Source: a bacterium
GTDB lineage: Bacteria; Electryoneota; JAOADG01
NCBI GenBank assembly: GCA_963681965.1
Contig: OY820579.1
Location: 1,799,379 to 1,863,378 of the forward strand
Direction: 5' to 3'
DNA: 64,000 nt
In this document: one piece after another, positions 18,178 to 27,672 of the stretch
Position numbering within the stretch: the stretch's first letter is position 1
Layout: every line of letters starts with the position of its first letter
Made by a program: the position numbers and the translations under genes
Notes under the pieces: model-generated
What the model saw: the letters and a program-made list of their open reading frames with translations, nothing else
The model's database searches: none
What the model was told of the DNA's origin: nothing

Positions 18178-20142
18178 ATGGCTACTAGAAAACGGGCAGG
18201 GGGGGATTCTCCTGCCCGTTCTCAGTCTATTTCCGAATTAGCGGTTCCACTGGAAGATAAGTTGGAATCGCTGCCGATGCGTCCGGGGTGCTATCTATTC
18301 AAAGATAGTAAAGGCAAAGTTATTTATGTCGGCAAAGCGAAATTGCTCCGCAATCGTGTTCGCAGTTATTTTTCCGGTCGTAGCGATGGGAGAGCACAAT
18401 TTCACCGTCTAGTGAATGCAATTCGCGATCTTGAGATCATTATCGTCGATAGTGAAATTGAAGCATTAATTCTCGAAAACAATCTGATCAAATTTCATAA
18501 ACCCCGTTACAACATCGATCTCCGCGACGATCGCGGTTATCCCTTCTTGAAAATAACCAATGAACCTTTTCCACGTATCTTTCTTCAGCGAACACCCGGG
18601 AACGACGATGCTAAATATCTAGGTCCATTTATGGAAGTTACGGCATTGCGGAGTCTGGTAAGAGAGTTGAAGAAGACCTTTCGGATTCGAACGTGTGAGT
18701 TGATAATTAACTCCGATTCGATTGCCAAAAAGAAACACAAAATCTGCTTACAATATCACCTGAAACTCTGCGATGGACCCTGCGAAGGACTGACTACGGA
18801 AACCGAGTATCAAGCGAATGTGAAATCGATGATCGATTTACTCAATGGTCGGACAACCGGTTTCGAACGGAAATGGCAGAATCGCATGACTGAATTAGCT
18901 GCAGCCAAACGATTTGAGGAAGCAGCGTTGTTCCGAGATCAATTGCGCGCGATTCAACACATGGCATCCCGCCAACGGGTATTGTCAGTCGATCCCTATG
19001 ATCGCGATGCCGTCGGAATTTATCGCATTGACGATGAAGCTTGTGTCGTACTATTGCGAATTCGAAACGGGAAAATGGTCGGTCGATTGCACTATTTCCT
19101 GACACAAATCGATCCCGATCACACCGAGCCGGAATTGGTGTCGGCATTTCTATTTCGACACTATTCCACCGCCGACATCCCGCCAGAGATTTTTGTGCAA
19201 AGCGAATCGGAAGAGTGGGATACGATTGCAATCGCACTCAAAAAGCTTCGCGGAAGCAACTGCAAGATCGAAGTACCCAAAATCGGCGATAAAGCGGGAC
19301 AGGTCCGATTGGCAATTGCCAATGCCGAATTGTTGCTCGGTCAGAATATGCTCTCAAAACAGAAACGCGATTTCATTCCGCAAAGTATGAAGGGACTACA
19401 GGAGTTGCTGGGTCTGGAAAAAGCACCGACTCGGATAGAGTGTTTCGATATCTCGCACTTAGCCGGAACCGGTACAGTAGCGTCTATGGTCTGTTTTGTC
19501 AATTCGAAACCGGCTCGCTCGGAATATCGTAAATTTGTCGTAAAGACCGTCACCGGGATCGATGATTTCGCCTCGATGAAAGAAGTAGTCGGTCGACGTT
19601 ACAAGCGGCTTATATCGGAAGAAAAATCGCTGCCGGATGTAATATTGATTGACGGTGGTAAAGGTCAACTCTCAGCCGCTCGCGAAGCACTTGCCGAAGT
19701 CGGTATTCCCGATCACCCGATACTAGGATTGGCAAAGCGTGTCGAAGAACTATTTTTGCCGCAAGAAACTGAATCGCGGATCCTTCCCAGAACCTCAAGC
19801 GTTCTTAGAGTGTTGCAACAGATTCGCGACGAAGCGCACCGCTTTGCCGTGACATTTCAGCAACAACGCCGCAATCTTTCGCTCAAATCCCAACTGGAAG
19901 AGATCCCAGGGATTGGTGAGGCACGACGTCAACTATTGATGAAACGATTTGGAAGCGTTGCAGCGATGAAGAAAGCATCGATCGAAGAAATTGCCGAAAT
20001 CGGTGCAATCGGTTCCAAATTGGCTAATAAAATTCTGGTCTATCTGAATGCGAATGGACAAACGAATGAACTCAATCAATCTGGAAACGATGAAATATCG
20101 AAACCGATTGGTTCGAATGGAGACAATGATGGTGAAGAGTAA
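18178..20142 (+). CDS. uvrC: excinuclease ABC subunit C
   Basis: GIY-YIG motif PGCYLFKDSKGKVIYVGKAKLLRNRV; C-terminal HhH; 654 aa from the ATG at 18178. The start is uncertain; the alternatives are TTG at 18262 or ATG at 18277. Confidence 0.85.
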   Translation: MATRKRAGGDSPARSQSISELAVPLEDKLESLPMRPGCYLFKDSKGKVIYVGKAKLLRNRVRSYFSGRSDGRAQFHRLVNAIRDLEIIIVDSEIEALILENNLIKFHKPRYNIDLRDDRGYPFLKITNEPFPRIFLQRTPGNDDAKYLGPFMEVTALRSLVRELKKTFRIRTCELIINSDSIAKKKHKICLQYHLKLCDGPCEGLTTETEYQANVKSMIDLLNGRTTGFERKWQNRMTELAAAKRFEEAALFRDQLRAIQHMASRQRVLSVDPYDRDAVGIYRIDDEACVVLLRIRNGKMVGRLHYFLTQIDPDHTEPELVSAFLFRHYSTADIPPEIFVQSESEEWDTIAIALKKLRGSNCKIEVPKIGDKAGQVRLAIANAELLLGQNMLSKQKRDFIPQSMKGLQELLGLEKAPTRIECFDISHLAGTGTVASMVCFVNSKPARSEYRKFVVKTVTGIDDFASMKEVVGRRYKRLISEEKSLPDVILIDGGKGQLSAAREALAEVGIPDHPILGLAKRVEELFLPQETESRILPRTSSVLRVLQQIRDEAHRFAVTFQQQRRNLSLKSQLEEIPGIGEARRQLLMKRFGSVAAMKKASIEEIAEIGAIGSKLANKILVYLNANGQTNELNQSGNDEISKPIGSNGDNDGEE

Positions 20143-21541
20143 ACAACCTCGACGGAAATGGTTATGGATGATTCTAACGATTCTTATAATCGGATCATCA
20201 GTTGTTGTGATAGCGGCAAGCAATGAATCGCGTACTTGTTTTATTTATCCCCCATTCAAACATACTTGGGGTGTGGTTCGAGGAACTCCAGCTAAGTTAT
20301 TCATGTTAGTCGGGAAACGAGCCACTTTTGCAGAGCCATTAGGACTTTGCTGCGTGCGGCTCGATTGTTGGGATGACCCGAAAATTGCTGGCGATGACGA
20401 CGAAGTGACAGTTTACGGCGTCAATTCCAATCAAAATATGGTGATCTATAATAAATCGATGTTTGAATTGGGGATATATGGCGACCGTGAGACCGGATCG
20501 GCAAAACTCAATAAACCTTGGGGTGTAGCTGCCAACAATAAAGGTGACGTGTTTGTAACCGATTTAGGGAATAACCGAGTGGTGAAATTGTTCAATCCCA
20601 AATCGGAATTGAAGTATGTATCGGCTTTCGGCTCGCTAGGTTCAAATAATGGTCAATTCAATTCACCTCGAGGTATTGCACTTGACAACCGCGGAATGAT
20701 CTATGTCGCCGATTATCTGAATAATCGCGTTCAGATTTTCAACTCATCCGGTGTTCATCAGCGAACCATCTTCGGAGTATTGGGTCCGATTGCTGTTGCC
20801 GTGATCGATGCCGAGGATCGTTGGAGCTACTCTTATGGACCGCGTCGCGAAGAATTTCTAATTGTCGTTGACTCGCTCGATGCACGTATTTCGAAATATT
20901 CGCTTGAAGGCGATCTGCTGGAACGGGTAACCTCGGGCGATTGGGGTGCTGGTACCTGTCAACTTCAATTCTGCACAATCGATTATTTCTCGCAGGTTTT
21001 ATTAACCGACCGGAAAAATAATTGTATCTGGAAACTGGATCGTGATTTGAAAATGATCTGTCGGTTTGGTCGCAAAGGTACTTCCGATTACGAATTCGAC
21101 GATCCGAGGGGAATTACGATGTATCGTCGCTTTGGTCAGACCTTTGTTGCGGAACGGGAAGGGGCACAATATTTGTGGGTTGCCGTCGACTTACTTCACC
21201 CACAGGCAAAATGGGATGAGAAGACACGAATCTTGACCATCACCGGAATTTATTCCGAACCGGCGTTGGTTGATATGGACTTACTTGATGCATCCGATAA
21301 AATTGTAACCAGAGTTGCGATGATCCGATCTACTGCTGGACCGTTCCAACATGAGTGGGATGGAAATATTAAAACATTTCCAAAATCAGGGTTGACCGAT
21401 GCCGAACAATCGCAAGCAGCCCGGTTCCAAGATGGAAAACCGGTACCTCCCGGAAGTTACAAATTGAGGATCGCTTCGAAAGCGACCTATTCTTCAATCA
21501 AGGATTTCGTACAGGTGTTGACGATACCTGTCACACTTTAA
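20126..21541 (+). CDS. NHL-repeat beta-propeller protein with N-terminal signal anchor
   Basis: KSKQPRRK followed by a hydrophobic LWMILTILIIGSSVVVIAA stretch; NHL repeats (NKGDVFVTDLGNNRVVKLF; PRGIALDNRGMIYVADYLNNRVQIF); the start overlaps the uvrC 3' end by 17 nt. Confidence 0.6.
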   Translation: MMVKSKQPRRKWLWMILTILIIGSSVVVIAASNESRTCFIYPPFKHTWGVVRGTPAKLFMLVGKRATFAEPLGLCCVRLDCWDDPKIAGDDDEVTVYGVNSNQNMVIYNKSMFELGIYGDRETGSAKLNKPWGVAANNKGDVFVTDLGNNRVVKLFNPKSELKYVSAFGSLGSNNGQFNSPRGIALDNRGMIYVADYLNNRVQIFNSSGVHQRTIFGVLGPIAVAVIDAEDRWSYSYGPRREEFLIVVDSLDARISKYSLEGDLLERVTSGDWGAGTCQLQFCTIDYFSQVLLTDRKNNCIWKLDRDLKMICRFGRKGTSDYEFDDPRGITMYRRFGQTFVAEREGAQYLWVAVDLLHPQAKWDEKTRILTITGIYSEPALVDMDLLDASDKIVTRVAMIRSTAGPFQHEWDGNIKTFPKSGLTDAEQSQAARFQDGKPVPPGSYKLRIASKATYSSIKDFVQVLTIPVTL

Positions 21542-21556
21542 ACTACTTGGAGTTAA

Positions 21557-21982
21557 TTGTCCGGTATGTTGCATCACGTTGAATTGTATGTCGCTGATTT
21601 GAATCGCTCTCTGGCGTTCTGGGATTGGTTTCTACGGGAACTTGGATACTCTGAATTCCAATCTTGGGACTCGGGAAAAAGTTTCAAATTCGGCGATACT
21701 TATATCGTATTTGTTCAAGCTGAACGGCGATTTTGTCAGGAACCGTACCACCGTTGTCGACCGGGTCTCAATCATCTGGCATTTCATGCGAAGTCACGCG
21801 AACAAGTAGACCAGATTTCAAGGGAAATTCAGTATAGGGGGTTGAAGTTACTATATCCTGAACGTCATCCTTATGCAGGTGGCGAAGGGTATTACGCCCT
21901 CTTCTTTGAAGATCCCGATCGAATGAAAGTGGAATTGGTTGCTCCAGATCCCATCGAGATTAGTACTCACTCCGAGGGGTGA
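21557..21982 (+). CDS. VOC-family (glyoxalase/bleomycin-resistance fold) protein
   Basis: LHHVELYVADL...YALFFEDPD; TTG start at 21557 or ATG at 21566. Confidence 0.6.
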   Translation: MSGMLHHVELYVADLNRSLAFWDWFLRELGYSEFQSWDSGKSFKFGDTYIVFVQAERRFCQEPYHRCRPGLNHLAFHAKSREQVDQISREIQYRGLKLLYPERHPYAGGEGYYALFFEDPDRMKVELVAPDPIEISTHSEG

Positions 21983-22140
21983 GTGATTGAAATAATTGTG
22001 GTTTCATTTTCTGTTAAGCAGAAACAATTATCTAACAATTTTCTGAGGAGTCTTTTAACTGACCGAGTGGAATTCTAAATTGTTTCACTCAAGAGTAATC
22101 ATTTTTTCGTCGATAGAAGATACGAGGAGGAAGTGGTTCG

Positions 22141-22338
22141 ATGGAATCTGATCGATTGAATATTATCCATAACTGGCGGCAGGTTTACCAACCCACACCG
22201 GATGGGCGGAACCGTCACCAAAATGGACAATCTTCACCGGATCGAGAACACTCCGAACACCATGATAAAGAACCACCATCGCACGATCCTGTAACCCATC
22301 CCAAAGATGAAGAGCACAAAGTGGATATGACGGTTTAA
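22141..22338 (+). CDS. small His/Asp/Glu/Pro-rich hypothetical protein (65 aa)
   Basis: GAGGAGG RBS 10 nt upstream of the ATG; followed by an intrinsic terminator at 22360-22388; low-complexity composition HSEHHDKEPPSHDPVTHPKDEEH. Confidence 0.35.
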   Translation: MESDRLNIIHNWRQVYQPTPDGRNRHQNGQSSPDREHSEHHDKEPPSHDPVTHPKDEEHKVDMTV

Positions 22339-22359
22339 CAGGATCAACATGAATTTGAA

Positions 22360-22388
22360 AAAGCAGGCGAAAAGCCTGCTTTTTTGTT
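22360..22388 (+). terminator. intrinsic terminator (agcaggc-gaaa-gcctgct + TTTTTTG)
   Basis: Perfect 7-bp stem, GAAA tetraloop, T6 run. Confidence 0.75.
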
Positions 22389-22423
22389 GTATCTTATGGT
22401 TTAACAAGAATAGAAATTCACTG

Positions 22424-23842
22424 ATGTTTGCATCATTTTGGAACAAAATTACCGATTCTCTTCGTGGAACCACTAATGATCCTGGTGGTATAGCTAAACG
22501 TTTGAAATCGCTTTTATCTGGCTCGAATCGAGCGGAAACAATATCCTTTGTTCGAAGAGGTGCCCGATCCTTACGTTTGCGAAGCTTGGATTTGAAAACC
22601 GGTTCCAATTCAAAATCGCTGGTTGCCGAAGTCGATGATTGGGTTTTCACGTCTGGTCAAAATGACACAATTCGTTTGATTTTAACTGTATCTCACTGGC
22701 AAGGCGGCGAGGAAATTCGACTCGAAGGAGAAACGGATGTCGTGGAACCTCCATCCATTGTTCCAGGAATAGTCGAGCTGACAATTCCCGAAAGTATGTC
22801 GCAAACTACACTGGAATTTTTAACACGACCCGATCCAGTTAAACCACTTACTTACTATTTTTCAATCGATGGTGAGGAATTTCACGCACCCGTTCTAGAA
22901 ATGAGCCGTCGTAGTTTCCGGTTTCGACTTCCCGCCGATCAGGACATTTCACCGGATGGTGCGTTAAATGGCGATGGTTATATTCGTTTTGTCGATGGGA
23001 CGTCAATTCCATTTGAGAGTTGGTGGAACCGGATCGGTAAACTGTTGACCGAAGCTGAAATCCAACGGATCAAATCAAAGCAATTAGAAATTGTAATCGC
23101 TTATCTTCGGGACCGGTTTTTAGCACAAGAAGTCGTATGGGATGGGATGCATAAAGTCGATCCCGAAGACGACAACGAACCGGGCATTCGGATGCGCCGT
23201 AAATCGCAATTAGGTGATTTGAAAGCGCTTTGGTTAGATTCTGATGCACCACCATCGAATTGGTTTCCCGGTGCGATTGAACCGGTTCAGAAATGGACTT
23301 CGAAAAGTGCCGATGCGATCGCAGTCGAATATGATGCTGTTATTGGTTCAAATCGCAGTTTAGTAAACTGGATTGAACAAAATTCGTTGAGTAATAATTT
23401 CGAAAATCAGTGCGTTATCATTCAGCTTGGAACCGGTCAAAGTCACGCTTTGACGATAACTTCCATCGAGAAGACAACTGATCCGGTCGATTGGGAAGCT
23501 CTATTTGGTTGGACCAAGCGATATGACTATGAAATTGAGAAAGAAGCTTATTTGGTTGAAGGTTCTCGGCGTGATCATTTCCGGCTGGCACAACAGCTTA
23601 CGCCATTCAATGTTCGATTGCACTGGATCACTCGAAGTAAACTATTTCCTGAAATTGGATCATTTATTTTTCTACCGGACGACTATTCAATAGCGACTCA
23701 ATTGATCGAGGCAAATAAGTTGTTAATCCCTCTAGTTCGAGCTTGGGTCTTAGGTGAGGGTGGGGTGGAATGGGATTCGATCGGCATTGCGCCAATGCCA
23801 AATGTAGAAGAATGGGCTGAGAAATTTGCCAATGAACAATAA
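22424..23842 (+). CDS. hypothetical protein (473 aa)
   Basis: Long ORF; the start was moved to the first ATG downstream of the terminator hairpin; no confident domain assignment. Confidence 0.5.
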   Translation: MFASFWNKITDSLRGTTNDPGGIAKRLKSLLSGSNRAETISFVRRGARSLRLRSLDLKTGSNSKSLVAEVDDWVFTSGQNDTIRLILTVSHWQGGEEIRLEGETDVVEPPSIVPGIVELTIPESMSQTTLEFLTRPDPVKPLTYYFSIDGEEFHAPVLEMSRRSFRFRLPADQDISPDGALNGDGYIRFVDGTSIPFESWWNRIGKLLTEAEIQRIKSKQLEIVIAYLRDRFLAQEVVWDGMHKVDPEDDNEPGIRMRRKSQLGDLKALWLDSDAPPSNWFPGAIEPVQKWTSKSADAIAVEYDAVIGSNRSLVNWIEQNSLSNNFENQCVIIQLGTGQSHALTITSIEKTTDPVDWEALFGWTKRYDYEIEKEAYLVEGSRRDHFRLAQQLTPFNVRLHWITRSKLFPEIGSFIFLPDDYSIATQLIEANKLLIPLVRAWVLGEGGVEWDSIGIAPMPNVEEWAEKFANEQ

Positions 23843-23914
23843 ATATGTCAGATTGTTTAATCACGATGGTTGGTCAATAGAAAATTCATTTTCGAACACA
23901 ATTCTGGGTACTAG

Positions 23915-24778
23915 ATGAAGCAAATTATTGTTATTTGCCTTGCGATCTCGGTCGTTCTTGCAGGTTGCTCGATGTCTTCGATTACGGTGAAAGCAACTAA
24001 ACCCTTGATTCGATCCACCTTCACTGAAGTAATGGATGAACCGGATCTGGTTATTGCCAAGACTTCGGTCGAATCGAATTTAAAATTGTTAGATGGAATG
24101 CTGCATGACCAACCAAAGGATCGAGAGCTACTGGAATTGGCTGCAATGGGTTATTTTGCCTATTCGATCGCATTTGTCGAAGATGATTCTGCCGCACGGG
24201 CGATGGCAATTTATGAAAGATCAAAAGGGTACGCTGCTCGTGGTTTGGCAACTTTTGGCTACGATACTGCCCTACTGCGGGCTACTCCGGATGAAATTGC
24301 CTCGTCAATCGAAAGGCTACCTGCAAAAGCGACACCATTTGTCTTCTGGTTTGGGTTGTCATCTGCGATGCGAATTATGTTAGCTATTGATAATACTGAA
24401 TTACTGGCTGACTTGCCGCGCGTAGAAAATATGATGCAATTAGTAAGGATGCGTGATTCTACGTATTTTTATGGTGGAGCACCACTATTCTTTGGTGTGA
24501 TGAATGGATTTCGACCAAAGATACTTGGGGGAAATCCTGAACTTGCGGAACGCGAATTCGATCTCTGCCGTAAAATGAGTAACAATCAGTTCCAATTGGA
24601 GCGGGTTTTCCGGGCAAGATACTTGTATGTAACTACGCTCGAAGAAGAGAAATTCCGGTCCGAACTGAATGCTGTCTTGGCAAGTTCCGACGATGTCCAC
24701 CCGGGACGAAGATTATTAACAGCGGTAGCGAAAAACAAAGCACGTCGCTACTTAGCAAACGCTTCCAATTGGTTTTAA
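23915..24778 (+). CDS. TPR-like lipoprotein, TatT-like TRAP-transporter accessory protein
   Basis: Lipobox VLAGC; helical repeats; positioned directly upstream of dctPQM. Confidence 0.45.
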   Translation: MKQIIVICLAISVVLAGCSMSSITVKATKPLIRSTFTEVMDEPDLVIAKTSVESNLKLLDGMLHDQPKDRELLELAAMGYFAYSIAFVEDDSAARAMAIYERSKGYAARGLATFGYDTALLRATPDEIASSIERLPAKATPFVFWFGLSSAMRIMLAIDNTELLADLPRVENMMQLVRMRDSTYFYGGAPLFFGVMNGFRPKILGGNPELAEREFDLCRKMSNNQFQLERVFRARYLYVTTLEEEKFRSELNAVLASSDDVHPGRRLLTAVAKNKARRYLANASNWF

Positions 24779-24902
24779 TCCCCGGGTGAATTTCCCAAAA
24801 GGGATTTATTGAATTACAATTTGGGGGAAACCCCGCAGAGAAGACTGATGGCTCTTATTTCTGTTGAAGTTGCCACAGTCGATTTTCTGGAAAAGAGGAA
24901 AC

Positions 24903-25895
24903 ATGAAACGCATTCTTCCGTTCCTGGCGCTACTTTTCATTGCGCCGTTCGTGTTGGCTCAAACTGAAATCAAATTTGCCACAGTGGCTCCCGAGGGAAC
25001 CTCTTGGATGAAGATCATGCGCCAGATCGCCAAAGAAGTCGGCGATCAAACGCATAATCAAGTCACCTTCAAATTTTACCCCGGTGGCGTGATGGGTGAC
25101 GAAACCGAAATGTTGCGCAAAATCCGGATTGGTCAACTTCATTCCGGTGGTTTTACCGGTAATGGGCTTGGCGAAGTCAACTCGGCAATTCGTGTGCTCG
25201 AGCTGCCCTATCTATTCCAATCGGAAGAGGAGATCGATACTGCAGTGGCTGCAATTCAAGACGACCTGGAACGTGGTTTCGCCGAAAAAGGCTTTGTTCT
25301 GTTAGGTTGGGCTGATGTCGGTTTTGTACATTTCTTCTCGAAAGGACCGATCCGCAATTCTTCCGATTTGAACGGCAAGAAAGTGTGGATGTGGCAGGGT
25401 GATCCCTTGGCACGCGCGTTTTTCAAGAGCTATAATGTCAACGCTATTCCGTTGGCACTGCAGGATGTCTTAACGCAACTGCAAACCGGCATGATCGATG
25501 TCGTTTACGCCAGTCCTGCTGCTGCGATTGGGCTGCAATGGCAGACGCGCACTAAGTATGTGACCGAACAGCCGATGACCTATGCCAGTGGTGCAGTGCT
25601 ATTGTCGAAAAAAAGCTACGATAAATTGACTGCCGACCAGCAGAACATTCTGAAAAATGTCTCGCGTCGATTGCTGCGACAGTTAACAATTCAATCGCGG
25701 AAAGATAATAAAGCCGCTTTTGCCACATTGAAGGCTTCAGGATTATCAGTCACTCCCATACCGTCTGAATCCGAATTGAAGCATATGGAAGAAATCAGTC
25801 TTAGAACGCGTCAGCAACTGGTCGGGCAGTTGTATTCGCAAAGCATGCTAACAAAAGTCGAATCGGCACTTAAGGCATACCGGGAAAAAAATTGA
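24903..25895 (+). CDS. dctP: TRAP transporter substrate-binding protein (DctP family)
   Basis: AGAGGA RBS; signal peptide; DctP-family sequence. Confidence 0.8.
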   Translation: MKRILPFLALLFIAPFVLAQTEIKFATVAPEGTSWMKIMRQIAKEVGDQTHNQVTFKFYPGGVMGDETEMLRKIRIGQLHSGGFTGNGLGEVNSAIRVLELPYLFQSEEEIDTAVAAIQDDLERGFAEKGFVLLGWADVGFVHFFSKGPIRNSSDLNGKKVWMWQGDPLARAFFKSYNVNAIPLALQDVLTQLQTGMIDVVYASPAAAIGLQWQTRTKYVTEQPMTYASGAVLLSKKSYDKLTADQQNILKNVSRRLLRQLTIQSRKDNKAAFATLKASGLSVTPIPSESELKHMEEISLRTRQQLVGQLYSQSMLTKVESALKAYREKN

Positions 25896-26386
25896 AATAC
25901 TTTCAACTACTTGACAAGATCATCATCCGGATTGTCGAAGGGATAATCGTCGCGATCTTGGCATATATGCTACTCGGCCAGTTATATCAAGTAATTGCCC
26001 GTAACTTCTGGGGCGGTGGAATCGAAGCGGTTGATTTCACCATGCGCTACGGCATCGTTTGGTTGGGTTTGCTCGGTGGCGTTGTAGCGATGCGAACCGG
26101 AAATCAGATTCGAATCGATTTGGTTCTAAAACTGTCATCGTTGCAAGTGCGACGGTGGCTGGAATTAGCTACTTCGATTGCAACTGCCGCAATCTGTATA
26201 TTTCTGTTAAAAGCATCGCTTTCTATGATCGCCGCCGAAACCGCTGCTCAGACCAAGCTATTCGGCAATTATACCGTGGTGCCGTTTCTCTGGGTTTATC
26301 CTGTTGGCTTTGGTTTGATTGCAGTCGAAACGCTCATCCGCGGAATTCAAATTGCGATAACCGGTGTGATTGAGGAGCCCCAATGA
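25892..26386 (+). CDS. dctQ: TRAP transporter small permease (DctQ)
   Basis: TTGA overlap with the dctP stop; four TM helices; ~160 aa. Confidence 0.7.
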   Translation: MKYFQLLDKIIIRIVEGIIVAILAYMLLGQLYQVIARNFWGGGIEAVDFTMRYGIVWLGLLGGVVAMRTGNQIRIDLVLKLSSLQVRRWLELATSIATAAICIFLLKASLSMIAAETAAQTKLFGNYTVVPFLWVYPVGFGLIAVETLIRGIQIAITGVIEEPQ

Positions 26387-27672
26387 GCCTCATTATTACC
26401 GGATTCATCCTTATTGCACTTGCCGGAGCCCCATTATTCGCAATTTTTGGTGGACTGGCAGTTGCACTATTCACCCGGGACGGGATTGATCCTGCCGCAG
26501 CGATCATTGAATTCAATCGTCTTGCCAGCCAACCGATTTTAATAGCAATTCCCCTTTTCACTTTCGCCGGTTACCTATTAGCGCGCTCGAATGCGCCAAA
26601 TCGCCTTATCCGTCTATCGCGGGCATGGATTGGTTGGATTCCCGGTGGATTAGCGTTGGTCACATTACTTGCTTGTGCCGTATTTACCGCTTTCACCGGT
26701 GCCAGTGGCGTTACCATTATTGCGATCGGTGGACTGGTTTATCCGATCCTCTTGCAGGAAAAATACCCTCAAAGATTTAGTCTCGGATTGGTTGCTTCTT
26801 CTGGATCGATCGGTCTACTATTTCCACCTTCTTTACCGGTCATTTTATACGGAATTGTGGCAAAAACTTCGGTTGATCGGCTCTATGTGGGCGGGATGCT
26901 TCCGGGTATCATGATGATTTTGTTTCTGGCATTTTACTCGGTGAAAGTTGCGATGCCGCTCGAACGTATTAAGTTCGATTGGGGCAATGCAATTGCATCG
27001 TTAAAAGAAGCCAAATGGGATCTACCACTACCCTTCATCATTCTATTCGGGATTTACACCGGCAAATTTACGGTAGCCGAAGCGGCTGCTATCACCGCCG
27101 GATACGTACTCATCGTCGAAGTGTTTATTCATCGCGAAGTGTCGTTAACCAAACAACTCCCCAAAATTATGCGCGACAGTATGATTCTGGTAGGTGGTAT
27201 CAAAATTATTCTTGGCTGCGCACTTGCATTTACCAGCTATCTGATCGATGCGCAAGTACCGAATCGGTTGTTCGAGTGGATCAGCACATTTATTGCCAGC
27301 AAGTATGTCTTCCTGCTGTTGTTAAATGTATTCTTACTGCTCGTAGGTACAATGATGGATATTTTCTCAGCTATCGTTGTCGTCGTTCCACTCATTGTGC
27401 CGATCGCAAATCAGTTCGGAGTCAATCCAATTCACCTCGGGATCATCTTTCTCACCAATCTCGAAATCGGGTATCTTTCGCCTCCAGTGGGTATGAATTT
27501 ATTTATGGCGAGCTACCGGTTTAAGATTCCGTTGATGAGATTGTACCGTGTAGCATTACCGTTTCTCATTCTGATGTTTATTGCCCTGTTATTGATTACT
27601 TATGTACCCGAGTTGAGCTTGGGTCCGGTGGACTTCTTTTTTCCCAAGGATGTACCTGTAACTACGCCATGA
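26383..27672 (+). CDS. dctM: TRAP transporter large permease (DctM)
   Basis: GAGGAG RBS; ATGA overlap with dctQ; polytopic 429-aa membrane protein. Confidence 0.8.
   Translation: MSLIITGFILIALAGAPLFAIFGGLAVALFTRDGIDPAAAIIEFNRLASQPILIAIPLFTFAGYLLARSNAPNRLIRLSRAWIGWIPGGLALVTLLACAVFTAFTGASGVTIIAIGGLVYPILLQEKYPQRFSLGLVASSGSIGLLFPPSLPVILYGIVAKTSVDRLYVGGMLPGIMMILFLAFYSVKVAMPLERIKFDWGNAIASLKEAKWDLPLPFIILFGIYTGKFTVAEAAAITAGYVLIVEVFIHREVSLTKQLPKIMRDSMILVGGIKIILGCALAFTSYLIDAQVPNRLFEWISTFIASKYVFLLLLNVFLLLVGTMMDIFSAIVVVVPLIVPIANQFGVNPIHLGIIFLTNLEIGYLSPPVGMNLFMASYRFKIPLMRLYRVALPFLILMFIALLLITYVPELSLGPVDFFFPKDVPVTTP

Noticed and set aside
21983-22123. Imperfect inverted repeat aattgtggtttc...gaaacaatt just after the VOC gene.
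   Set aside because: The stem has a bulge and no T-run, so it could be a weak terminator. It is not distinctive enough to report as a feature.
22349-22423. The 497-aa ORF is called from ATG 22349 (MNLKKQAKSLLFCC...).
   Set aside because: Those codons are the stem-loop and T-run of an intrinsic terminator (22360-22388). The start was moved to the next in-frame ATG at 22424.
22424-23842. Possible PilZ (c-di-GMP binding) motifs in the 473-aa hypothetical protein: RRSFR...DISPDG and RRGAR...
   Set aside because: RxxxR and DxSxxG are only 7 aa apart, whereas canonical PilZ needs ~20-30 aa. The second RxxxR lacks a properly spaced DxSxxG. The resemblance is too weak to call.
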